From NCBI RefSeq assembly GCF_018350175.1, contig NC_058368.1:135906001-135970000 (forward strand): DNA of 64,000 nucleotides, read 5' to 3'. A model generated the notes under the pieces. That model worked only from the letters and a program-made list of their open reading frames with translations, was not told the DNA's origin and ran no database searches. Below are positions 35,140 through 47,579 of this stretch, piece by piece. Both the position numbers and the translations under genes were made by a program. Numbering within the stretch: position 1 is the stretch's first letter; every line of letters begins with the position of its first letter. Source of the stretch: Felis catus (Eukaryota).

Positions 35140-38100
35140 TATTTTGTGTTTCTTGTGTTTTTTTTTTTTGTTTTTTTTTTTTTTGAGAGAGACAGAGCAA
35201 GCAGGGGGAGGGGGGACAGAGAGAGAGGGAGAGAGAGAAACAATCCCAAGTAGCCTCCACACTGTCAGCACAGGGCCCGATGTGGGGCTCGAACCCATGA
35301 ACTGTGAGATCATGACCTGAGCTGAAACCAGGAGTTGGATGCTTAACCGACTGAGCCACCCAGGTGCCCCAGCATGTATTCTTTTTAATTTTCAGGTCAG
35401 TTTAATCCATAGTAATTTTGTGTCGAAAGCTGCTCTAACAGTGTTAGTCTAATTGGTGAGTAAAACTTCAAATGGATTCACATCATATCCCATTAGGGTG
35501 TGGTGAGGAGTTAAGGCATTGAGAAGAATGGTTCCTTTTGTTACAGGGAATAGTCAGTACCTCAAGACCGTGAGTATGTTATGCCAGAAAGAGCTGGTTT
35601 TGGAGTCAGGCGGACGAGGGTTCCAATCCTGTCTCTACCATGTGACCGTGAACAAATTAATTTAACCTTAGAGGCTCAATTTCCTCATCTGAAAATGGAG
35701 ATAACCCTATCTCACCAGGCCGTGGTGAGTAATAATGTCAGGTTTCATAGGCACATGATCGATACTTAAATGCAGAACTTTCCCTTTTGTTCTTAGAGGT
35801 AGGTGACTTTTGTCACATTGCTACCACCAGCTGGATGCAGGTCTAGCCTGATATTTTCTTGTGTTATGTGATCGAGGAATGAAGACAGGACGAAGAGAAA
35901 AGTGGGGGATGGCTGTCATTGCGCCTTTTTGGTTGTACTAATTCCAAATGACATTAATTTGCTTGGAGAGAAGTGTTTCCCTAAACTTAGTTTTGAGAGA
36001 AGGTTTTCTTTCTTTAAAAAAATATTATTTTGGGGGCACCTGGGTGGCTCAGTCAGTTAAGAGTCTAACTTCGGCTCAGGTCATGATCTCACAGCTCGTG
36101 GGTTCGAGCCCCATGTCGGGCTCTGTGCTGACGGCCCAGAGCCTGGAGCCTGCTTCAGATTCTATCTCCGTCTCTCTCTGCCCCTCCCCAGCTTGTGTAC
36201 TGTCTGTCTGTCTCCCCCCACCAATATAAGTAAACATTAAAATAAATAAATAAAAAAAATTGTTTTTAATGTTTTGTTTATTTTTGAGACAGAGTGTGAA
36301 TGGGGGAGGGGCAGAGAGGGAGGGAGATAGAATCCGAAGCAGGCTCCAGGCTCTGAGCTGTCAGCACAGAGCCCGACCCGGGTCTCGAAACCATGAACAT
36401 CGAGATCATGACCTGAGCTGAAGTCGGGTGCTCGAACGACTGAGCCACCCAGCTGCCCCTAGAAAGTTTTCTTTCAGAGTGACCTAAAAGTTTTTTGACC
36501 TTTTTATGCCATCTTTGACTTCAAGGATTCGGGGTCAGGAGGCTGCTCAGGAGTCCGTATAGGCACAAATGAGGGTGGAGATGGCTTTGTGAGGTGAGGA
36601 AGTCACAGTGAGGAGGACAGGTGTTTGGAGCTCAGCTGTTCTGGAGCCTCGCTCTTTGTGTGCCTCTTGACACCCCATGGGGATTTAGGATGTTTTCATG
36701 AACTCTCCAAGGAGTGTTAGATGTCATTTGTTACCAAGATTTTTTTTCACAAGTGTGTGATCAGAGCTCTTCTAATAATTAAATTTGGAATAAAAATTTG
36801 TCCTCATTATAATGACCTCTTGTGAAGATCTTTTGAAATTATTTGATTTCAGTGTATTTCATTTTGACATTTCACAAGCACTTTAGTTCTTTCTTGATTG
36901 GAATATGAATCTCAGTGAAATCTGCCCTGTGTATCACGCTAAATTAATTCACTGTATTCTGTAGACATGGTCTCTGTGAGTACTTGTGCTTTTTTGAAGT
37001 TAGTCTCAATAGTGAGTCTGAGTCATTCTTTTGGTTGGTTAGGTGTGCTTTTTCTCCACAGCCTCTTAGCGTGTCTGTGTTTCTTTCTGGTGTCTTGTTT
37101 TTCCCTTTTTTTTAATGTTTATTTTTGAGAGAGAGAATGAGTGGGGGAGGGGCAGCGAGAGAAGGGGACAGAGGATCAGAAGGGGGGTCTGGGCTGATGG
37201 CAGAGAGCCCAGTGCAGGGCTCGAACTCAGGAACCGTGAGATCGTGACCCGAGCCGAAGTCAGGCGCTTCACCGACTGAGCCACCCCAGTTGTTTTTCTC
37301 TTTTTGGAAGTCTGGGGTGGGGTGGGGTGCCACTGCCAGCACCTCGTCAAGTAGAACCCAGTTAAGGGAAGCCAGCTGGGCCCCGCTGGGTGGGTTTCTG
37401 CTGCCTGCAGTGTCCCTCCCCCTTCACTTAGGTCTCCTCCCCACCGGAGGGCCCCCGGGGTGGGAGTCTGCTGGATGAGCCCTCCTGCCTGGCCCGAGAG
37501 TCCACTGGGCTTCCGAGCCGCATCTCTAGCCTTGATGGACTCTCAAACTTTTCTTTCCCGTCACTAATTAAAAGACAAATTTTATTTACTTAACGTTTCA
37601 CTCCGCTTTCTTTTGACCCTAATGTCTTAGAGCTTTTCTTTTTTTTTTTTTTAATTTTTTAAAAATGTTTTATTTTTGAGAGACGGAGAGACAGCATGAG
37701 TGGGGGAAGAGCAGAGAAAGAGGGAGAGACAGAATCCGAAGCAGGCTCCAGGCTCTGAGCTGTCGGCACAGAACCTGACGTGGGACTCGAGCTCACGAGC
37801 TATGAGATCATGACCTGAGCTGAAGTCGGATACCCAACCGACTGAGCCACCCAGGCGCCCCTTTTCTTTTTTTTTTTTTTTAGTTTTTTAAAAATGTTTT
37901 ATTTTATTTTTGAGAGACAGAGACAGCATGAGTGGAGGAAGAGCAGAGAGAGAGGGAGACAGAGCTTTTCTTAAGTTATTGGAGGAAAATTGTTCACAGT
38001 TTGCTCTATAGCATTAAGCCTCATTTTTCTCTGGTTCTAAAGCTTTAAAAATTTACTACAGTCATTAGAATGATTGGTTTTGTTTGTTTGCTTGTTTTAA

Positions 38101-38303
38101 AGAACTTTTGCTAGGGGCGCCTGGGTGGCTCAGTCCATTGAGCATTTTTGGCCTGGGTCATGATCTCACCATTTGTGAGTTCAAGCCCCACGTCGGGCTC
38201 GCTGCTGTCAGTGTAGAGCCTGCTTCAGATCTTCTGTCCCTCTCTCTGCCCTTCTCCCCCCACCCCCTTAAAAATAAATAAAACATTAAAAAAAAAAAAA
38301 AAA
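35140..38303. mobile_element. CanSINEs: - 35140-35370, + 36032-36255, - 36262-36459, - 37085-37288, - 37641-37960, + 38114-38303
   Basis: SINE motifs. Confidence 0.9.
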
Positions 38304-39985
38304 GCAAGTCACATCATCAGGTTTTGTGGGTGGGCTGGGCACCCTGTCCGTAATACAGTGAAGCTCAGAAATCCATTTGCTCACCCCAGGAACACAGGCT
38401 GAAGACTCCTTGTGTAAATCACTATCACCTGGTCAGGCCCTACTGGGGCTTCCCCCCTTCTGTCCTTTGAAAGCAGCAGGTTTATACTCACTTGTCATCG
38501 GTAATATGAGGAACGCAGTATTTTTGCTTCTTTGGGAAAAATGAAGTATAAACAGGAAACAAATACCTTACTCCTTGTTTTTACAAATACATTTCACCTC
38601 GGCCTCTAGATGCTCAGGCTCCTTTTTAAAGACAAAGACTGCTGCTTATTCATCTTTGGGCCTGGCTGGGGATTTTTTTTTTTTTTAATCTGCAATGCAT
38701 CATAAATTTGCATGCCCTTCTTGCAGCGGCCATATTAATAATTAATCTTCCCTCCATTGTTCTAACTTGAATATGTGTTCTGGCAAAACAAGCGCGCTGC
38801 CTTGGAATTTTTTGTGCATGTGTGTAAAAAAAGGTTTAAGACATGGGAGCCCTGTGCTGGAGGGTGAAGTTGGTCAGGCTAGTCCAGTTCTGCGGACGCT
38901 AAGAGATAAAGGTCAGCTCAGAGCAGCCCCATTTGATAAGACGTTCGAATATACACAGTGTGGAAGTACAGCAGTAATAAATAAGGTAACCTTTAGGCAA
39001 CAACTCTGGGCTCCTGATTTGTGCCAGGTACCGTGCTGGGCTCTGGAAACCCGAAGGGGAAGGTAGGAGGCTGCCCAGGTTGCGATGGTGGATTTTCACA
39101 GAGGCTTTCACATGAGTGGCGTATTTAAGTCCCACATGACCATTTACTCAGTGTAGGTCCTTGGGAAAGTTGTCATAGTTTCCTCATTTCTAAAAAGGGA
39201 AAAATAGTACTTACCTGTAAGGCCGAGCCTACTAAACCATCTGTCAGTTCGTTGTTTGGCACATTGTAAGCAGGCAGGCAGCGGTGGCTTTAAGAAAGCG
39301 CACTGCCCCCTGGAGTTAGAGACCATGGGAGCAAGCCATCAGACTGTGTGGGGGCAGTTGTTCCGCAGTGCATGAGTGCTCTGGTGGGAGGCTTGTGTGC
39401 ACAGGTGTTCAGGGAGCTAGGAGGACAGGTGGGTGCCTCTCCCAGCAGAGACATGTGTGCAAAGCCTCCAGGGAGTAGTGAGCCAAGACTTGAAGCCCAA
39501 TTAAGGATTAGCTGGCAAAGAAAGGGGAAGGACATTCCATTCCAGGCTGTAAGAAGTTTACAAGGACACCCAGGCATCTTTTTTTTTTTTTTTTTTTTTT
39601 TTAATAAAGTTTTGGTTTCAGCTTTGCCAGAGTCAGTAGAGCTTTGCAGTCTCCGTTCAGGTTGTAAAGGGGGAAAACCTGGAAAAGGGTTAAATGGGTT
39701 TTTAAGAAAAGGAGGTCGTTTTAAATTCTGATGAAGTGTCCAGAATAAGAATAGACCTTTGACTTGGCAGTGCATGTGCCTGTGAAGCTTGGCTGATGGT
39801 GTCAAGTCCTAGGGAATTCAGTGGGAGCCAAGAGTGGTTCCCACCTGTCCCTGTCCCTGCTGTGGTGACATCTAAGCACACTCCTTGCAACCTACCCACT
39901 GGTTTCCCAGTTGCAGACAGACTCCACTTTCAGAAGAAAATAATTCCATTCTTTTCTTTAAACAATCAAGAATACCTTGTGTTCT

Positions 39986-40187
39986 GGGCGCCTGGGTGGC
40001 TCATTCGGTTAAGCATTCGCGTCTTGGTTTCTGCTCAGGTCATGATGTCATTTCGTGAGTTCGAGCTCTGCATCAGGCTCTGTGCTGACAGCATAGAGCT
40101 TGCTTAGGATTCTGTCTCCCCCTCTCTCTCTATCCCTCTCCACTCACACTGTCTGTCTCTCTCAAAAATAAATAAACTTTAAAAAAA
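39986..40187 (+). mobile_element. CanSINE
   Basis: SINE motif; flanks AAGAATACCT. Confidence 0.9.
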
Positions 40188-40564
40188 GAATACCTCATAT
40201 ACTTAAAGTGATGCAATAACACATACCTTTCCTTGGTAGGAAAGGAGGAGGTCATGTTTTGATGCTATGCATAATGGAAAACAAAGCGTAAAGTGTGTGT
40301 GTTTCAGGGAAATACACTGTCTTGATGCTGAACCTAATTGCAAGGATTTATAATAGCAAAATAATCCCATTAAAAGTCTGCTGTCACCTTCAAATACTTA
40401 CAAAAATTCTTTGTTTAGATCCAGTAGCTTTAATTTCAGAATCCAGCATCTTGTGAGTTTTTACAATGCTCATCAAGGTACTGTGCTAAATATGAGACCT
40501 TGTCATCCGATTTGATTGTCAAAAGAATGTTATGAAGTAGGTAGTTTCTCCCCCCACCCCGAGT

Positions 40565-43198
40565 TTCTTTTTTTCTTAAAGTATAATTAACATACAGTGT
40601 TACATTGTACAACATAATGATTCAACAATTTTGCACTTGACTCCATGCTCCTCATGATGTGAAATCACCATTTGTCACCAAGCAAGATTTTTCCAGTCTT
40701 ATTAACTATACCCTCTATGCTGTGTTTTTCATCTTTGTGACTTATTTTGTAACTGGAAGTTTGTACCCCTTATTCCTCTTGAATGTACTTATCCCCCCAA
40801 CCACCTCCCGTCTAGCAACCAGAAGTTTGTTCTCTGTATTTAAGAGCCTGTTTTTTCTGTCTTTTTTCTCTGTTTTGTTTCTTAAATTCCATATATGAGT
40901 GAAATGATAAGGGATTTCTCTTTATCTGACTTATTTCACGTGGTGTAATATCAAGTCCATTCATGTCGTTGCAAATGGCCAGGTCTCGTTCTTTTTTATG
41001 GCAGAGTAATATTATTCCATTGTGCATATATGTCACATCTTCTTTACCTGTTCATCTGTCAGTGGAGATTTTGGTTGCTTCCGTGTCTTGGCTATTGTAA
41101 ATAATGCTGCAGTAAACATAGAGGTGCATGTATCTTTTCAAATTAGTGTTTTTATTTTTGTTGAGCAAATAGCCACTAGTGGACTTCCTGGATCATATGG
41201 CCTTTCTGTTTTTAATTCTTTGAGGAAACTCCATACTGTTTTTCAAAGAGGATACATCAGTTTGTATTCTCTCCTGTAGTGCACAAGGGTTCCTATTTGT
41301 CCACATCCTCGCCAATTTCTTATCTTTTTGTTATTATTTTTTGGTGTTTTGTCTTTTTATTACTTCTGTTTTATTTTAGCCATTCTGACAGGTGTAAGGA
41401 GATACTCATTTTGGTTTTGATTTGCCTCTCCCTGATGATTTGTGATGTTGAACCTCTTTTCATGTGTCTGTTGGCCATCTGTTTGTCTTTTTGGGAAAAA
41501 TGCTTAACAGGTCCTCGACCCATTTTTTTTTTTTAATTTTTTTTTTCAACGTTTATTTATTTTTGGGACAGAGAGAGACAGCATGAACGGGTGAGGGGCA
41601 GAGAGAGAGGGAGACACAGAATCGGAAACAGGCTCCAGGCTCTGAGCCATCAGCCCAGAGCCTGACGCGGGGCTCGATCTCACGGACCGTGAGATCGTGA
41701 CCTGGCTGAAGTCGGATGCTTAACCGACTGCGCCACCCAGGCGCCCCTAGACCCATTTTTTAATCAGATTATTTGGTTTTACTTGATGTTGAGTTGTGTA
41801 AGTTCTTTATATATTTTGGATATTAATCCCTTACTGGATATATCATTTGCAAAAATCTCCAATTCAGTAGGTTGCCTTTTTGTTTTGTTAATTGTTTCCT
41901 TTGTTGTCCAAAAGCTTTCTATTTTGGTGTCGTCCCAGTAGTAGTTTATTTTTGCTTTTGTTTGTCTTACCTCAGGAAATATATCTAGAAAAATGTTTTC
42001 GTGGCTGATGCCTAAGAGATGATTGCCTATGTTTTCTTCTGGGAGTTTTATGGTCTCACAATTGGGTCTTTAGGCCATTTGAGTTTATTTTAGTGTATGT
42101 TGTAAGAAAGTGGCCCAGTTTCATTCTTTGGCACGTAGCTGTCCAGTTTTCCCAGTGGCATTTGTTGAAGAGACTGTGTTTTCCCCATTGCATATTTTGG
42201 CCTCCTTTGTCGTAGATTAATTGACCATATAAGTTTGGGTTTGTTTCTGGACTCTCTGTTCTGTTCGATTGATCTGTGTATCTGTTTTGGTGCCAGTACC
42301 GTACTATTTTGATTACTTCAGCTTTTTAGTATATTTTGTAATCTGGAATTGTGACACCTCCAGCTTTCTTCTTTCTCAAAACTGTTTTGACTATTGGGAG
42401 TCTTTGTGTTTCCATACAAATTTTGGTATTATTCTAGTTCTGTGAACAACGCTGTTGATATTTTGATAGGGATTGCATTACATCTATAGATTGCTTTGAG
42501 TAGTATGGACATTTTAACAATATTGGTTCTTCTGATCCATGAGCATGTAACATCTTTCCATTTGTTTGTGTCATCTTCAAGTTCTTTCATCAATTTTTTT
42601 TATGGTTTTTGGAGTACAGGTCTTTCACCTCTTGGGTTAAATTTATTCCGTAGGTATTTTTTATACCTGTTGGTGCAATTGTAAATGGGAATGTTTTCTT
42701 AATTTCTCTTTCTGCTACTTCATTATTAGTGCATAGAAATGCAACATGGGTGACTGGGTAGCTCAGTTTGTTAAGCGTCTGACTCTTGGTTTCAGCTCAG
42801 GTCATGATCTCATGGTTTGTGAGTTCAAGCCCCACATCGAGTTCTGCACTGACAGTGTGGAGCCTGCTTGGGATTTTCTCTCTCTCCCTCTGTCTCCACC
42901 CCTCCTGCTCACTTGCTTGCTCTGTCTCTCTCTCAAAATAAACTTTTTTTTTAAAAAAAGGAGTGTTTAAAAAAAGAAAAAGAAACGCCACAGATTTCTC
43001 TATAATGATTTTGTATCTTGCAACTTTACTGGATTCATTTATTCTAGTAGTATTTTGGTGGAGTCTTTAGGGTTTTCTATATGTACAATAATGTCACCTT
43101 CGAATAGTGAAAGTTTACTTCTTACCAATGTGAATGCCTTTTACTTCTTTTTCTTGTCTGCTGCCGCTACGACTTCCAGTACTATGTTGAATAAAAGT
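40565..43198 (-). mobile_element. 5'-truncated L1, antisense, interrupted by two SINEs
   Basis: Reverse-complement ORF2/3' UTR sequence; probable TSD GGTAGTTTC at 40540 and 43199. Confidence 0.92.
41522..41747 (-). mobile_element. Young feline-type CanSINE nested in L1
   Basis: TSD GACCCATTTTTT. Confidence 0.94.
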
Positions 43199-44094
43199 GG
43201 TAGTTTCCCTATTTCTTGAAGAAAAGGGACAGACTTTCTAGAACTTGTCGTTGGCAGATCTAGAGTGAGCTCAAGTTAATCTCATGTCATTGTTTTCATT
43301 ACCAAGCTAAACCAGTAATTTCCTCCTTAGTTTTGAAAAGTTGCTCTTTTTCACATTACTAATTTTTGTGGAGTTACTTTTAATTTTTCCCACACCTTAT
43401 TTCTATTACTTTGTAACAACTAAGTGACTTACCTGGGTTTCTCAGTAATTATTTGCAGAGTAATATATAACAACTTAAAGATTGGAAATGAAACAGAAAG
43501 TGTTGGATCTACCACCTGAACTCCAACAGTCAATATTGGGAATCTAGGGGCATCTAGCTGGCTCAGTCAGACGAGCATGTGACTCTTGATCCCAGGGTTA
43601 TGAGTTCAAGCCCCATGCTGGATATAGAGATTACTAAAAAAATAATAAATAAATAAACTTTGTAAAAAATGTTGTGAATCTAATTGGCAATGCTTACTGA
43701 TATTTAAATTTTTCTCTGACAGATCCTTTGGGAAATCTTTCACGTTAACAGTGCATAATCTCAGTGTGTGTTACCTTCTAGGACAAATTCACTTACACGT
43801 CAGAATGGAATAGGTAGTAAAGTAGAGAAGGAAGGCAGTGATCGTGGACTCTACTGTGTAGGCTATTAAGAATAGAGGCATTGAGAATGTATGTTAAAGG
43901 AAAATAAATCTCTTATTAAAGAACTGTAGCACCTGGTGCACCTGGGTGGCTCAGTTCATTAAGCATCCGACTTTGGCTGTGGTCATGATCTCTTAGTTTG
44001 TGAGTTCGAGCCCTGCATCGGGCTCTGTTCTGACAGCTCAAAGCCTGGAGCCTGCTTTAGATTCTGTGTGTGTATGTGTGTACGTGTGTGTCTG

Positions 44095-44133
<39 letters not shown>

Positions 44134-44830
44134 AATAAAGATTAAAAAAACAAAACAAAAAAAGAACTATAGCAGAAATCATCAGTTTAAGCTTCTTAAT
44201 TTCTTCTGTGGTTTTAACATTACATATTTAGTGTGGATGGGTTAAGAGATCTAGTGTCTTTTGGGGCGCCTGGCTGGCTCAGTCGGTTAAGCATCCGACT
44301 TCGGCTCAGGTCATGATCTTGCAGCCTGTGAGTTCGCGCCCCGCGTGGGGCTCTGTGCTGACAGCTCAGAGCCTGGAGCCCGTTTCAGATTCTGTCTCCC
44401 TCTCTCTCTGCCCCTCCCCCGTTCATGCTCTGTCTCTCTCTGTCTCAAAAATAAATAAACGTTAATAAAAAAAAAAAAAAAGGAAGAAGAAGATCCAGTG
44501 TCTTTTGTCCAATATTAGTGGTTTTCCAAGTGTGGTGCCCAGACTACAGCATAAACATTACCTTAGAACTTGCTAGAAATGAAAATTCTTGCCTAACCCA
44601 GACCTAGCCTAGAAAAAATGAGATTAGGGGCATCTGGGTGTCTCAGTCAGTTAAGCATAGCACTCTTGTTTTCAGTCAGGTCCTTATCTCCTAGTTCAAG
44701 GGTTCGAGCCCTGTGCATCAGGTTCCACACTCACAGTGTGGAACCTGCTTGGGATTCTGTCTTTCTGCCCCTTCCCTACTTTGTGCATGAGCATGCTCTC
44801 TGTCTCACAAAAATAAATAAATAAACTTAA
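42746..44830 (+). mobile_element. Five sense CanSINEs (42746, 43547, 43934, 44263, 44627)
   Basis: SINE heads and A-tails. Confidence 0.9.
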
Positions 44831-45168
44831 AACGATGAGATTAATCTTTCTAACGTGGGGTGGAACAATTACCATGGATAATGATTCTGCCTAATCACAT
44901 CAGGATAAGAGTCAGGTCATTGTGATTTTTTTTTTCCTTTTTTGTAATTCATTCTGGACTTGTTAAGCTAACGAATTGGCATCATTTGTGTGTTGGTAAC
45001 AATACTGATTTGATTGTTTACACTAACAAGGTAGTCATTACAGGTTAATAGTATTTAATGAGCCCAATAAGTATTAGGTAATTTTATATCTGATATTTTT
45101 CTTCCATTTCTTTCCCCTTTAAATTGCAGGCTCAATGATAATTGTATCTCTTGGGTTTGTTTCTGTAG

Positions 45169-45314
45169 GTTAAAAATATTTCTGCTGGCACACAAGACAT
45201 GCCTCCTCCCCCTTCTGACTATGTGGAAAGAGTGGACAGCCCCATGGCTTACTCCTCCAACGGTAAAGTGAATGACAGGAGGTCATATCCAGAGTCTTCC
45301 TATAAATCAACACC
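45169..45314 (+). CDS. OCLN: Occludin exon 5
   Basis: Acceptor ttctgt[50 protein letters not shown]; donor CC|GTAAGT; 146 nt; too short for the ORF track. Confidence 0.97.
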
Positions 45315-46114
45315 GTAAGTAGCAGCTTCCTTCTTCAGGTAGAATGAGTCTAAACAAAAATGAATATTTGCTGGTGTTGATAAATCAGTTCTTGTTGTGC
45401 CATTTGCCTTAAAAAACAAACAACACAAAACAGAAAAACACTTTCCCAAAGACTGGAGACTGATGTTGGCCTTGTTGGTGGAGGCTTGCAGCTCCTTGGG
45501 AGATGAGGGGAGAGTGGCTGTGAGTTGGTGGGGTCTTTTTCCCCATCTAAGCTGAAAGTGCTTCTTTTTTCTCTCGTTGGTTTAATAGAGAAAGGGTAAG
45601 TTGGTTTTTTTTCCACTCTAAAAACATGGTTCTCTTTCTGATTCTGGTTTTGAGGTTGAGGTGAGGGTCAAGGACGTTACTGATAGTGGAACTGTGTGTG
45701 GTTGTGTCTATCCTTGCCTGTCACTGTTAGAGCTCATTTAATGGAAAGGGAAGATTGCTGGTTGATCTACCCTTAGCCACATACATTTTTATTAAAGGAG
45801 CAGACCTTGTTTGAATTCAGGAATTCTGAGATCTCACTTGCTGTGCTAGATCCTTCATGTCCTGGGGGATGTGAAACTGATGAGGCCTCCACGTTTAGAG
45901 TTACAAGTAGCGTAAAAAACCTCACAGTGAGTTTCTGGCCCAGAGTAGCTGCCATTATGGTTACTGAAATGGTATCTCCATGGTGGTTTTAGTTTACCCT
46001 AAAGCCTGATTCTAATTCATCCTAATGACTAGTGAAGGAGGGGTTTTGGAGAGACTGTTACTGACTGGATGTGATTTTTGCCAGGGGATGATAAATTGCT
46101 CTTCTTTTTTTTTT

Positions 46115-46676
46115 AAGATTTTTTTTTAATTAAAATTTTTTTTTTAATGTTTACTCATTTTTTGAGAGAGAGACAGAATGAGAATGTGGGAGGGGCAGAC
46201 CAAGGGAGACAAAGAATCCCAAGCAGGCTCCAGACTCTGAGCTGTCAGCACAGCACCCCATGTGGGGCTCGAACTCAGGAACTGCAAGAGGATGACTTGA
46301 GCCAAAGTCGGACACTTAACCAACTGAGCCATACAGGCACCCCTAAAGATTTTATTTTATTTTATTTTATTTTATTTATTTATTTATTATTTTTTTTAAC
46401 GTTTTATTTATTTTTGAGACAGGGAGAGACAGAGCATGAACAGGGGAGGGTCAGAGAGAGGGAGACACAGAATCCGAATCAGGCTCTAGGCTTTGAGCTG
46501 TCAGCACAGAGCCCGACGCGGGGCTTGAACTCACGGACCGCGAGATCATGACCTGAGCCGAAGTCGGACGCTTAACCGACTGAGCCACCCAGGCACCCCT
46601 AAAGATTTTATTTTTAAGTATTCTCTACACCCAGCGTGAGTTGCATGCTCCCCTGACTGAGCCAGCCAGGTGCCCC
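46115..46676 (-). mobile_element. Three stacked antisense CanSINEs
   Basis: Each preceded by (T)AAGATTTT. Confidence 0.9.
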
Positions 46677-47579
46677 ATCTTCTTATATATGTAATTCTAG
46701 AACTCCAAATTCCTTTGTAGACTGAAAAAAAACAAAGAAAAAAACACCTTTCCTTTAATTGCTTTGATTGTTTTATGTTAAAGGTGTATCTGCTGGAAAA
46801 CTTTCAAAGTTTTATCCATAGCTCCCTGCCCCACCTCCTTTTAATGGGCCAGTTTATATAGAGATCAACCCTGAGTGTGCGGTAGTTTGGACGCCTAGAA
46901 CCCCTTAAGGTGACACCAGCAGCTGAGTTAATTATGGACTCAGTTTGAGACAGTAGGTTTTATTATTACCCTGGAGTGGAATGTGGGAAACACACTGTCA
47001 GTTTGCCTTACCCTCGACACATGTTTTGTTTTGGTCTTCACAATTGACCCTCCTGTTGCTATCAGTTGTGAATGATTTGGAGAAGGAGCATTTTCTGTGT
47101 TCTCCTTCTGTGTGGATTTTGACAAAAATCTAAAACACTTGAGGCTGTGAGGGGCAAAGGTATACCCAGTAGAGACACGGTCCTTTTAAAAGTTTCAGGC
47201 TAGGAGTTGCGTGACTTCTGTGCATACATGAGAAATATTTATAATGCATCTTGTGGCCAGCTCTGTCTCTAATTGTAAAGCCTGAATGGTTACATAGCAT
47301 TCCACATGCTGTCTTTTCATGAAAACCAAGATATTTTCACAGGTTCATTTGGAACCATTGAAAAATCTTAGCTTAATTCTTGAATAAGCCAGTACCTTTG
47401 TAATGTAAAATCTTAAATGGACAGAAGGATAGCTTTTGTCCCCAGCTACCTAGTTCCTTTTCCTAGGAGCAGCTGGTGTTACCAGTTTCTTTTATATAAC
47501 CTTCCAGAGGCTATTTTAAAATAAATGTGCTGGCCAAATGTACATTACTTATATTTTCCTTTAAAAAAATACAAGCATA

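Noticed and set aside
39298..39318. CTCF-like motif CCAGGGGGCAG on the minus strand (also CCGCCAGGTGGG at 5040)
   Set aside because: Only partial matches; cannot be supported without a PWM scan or ChIP data
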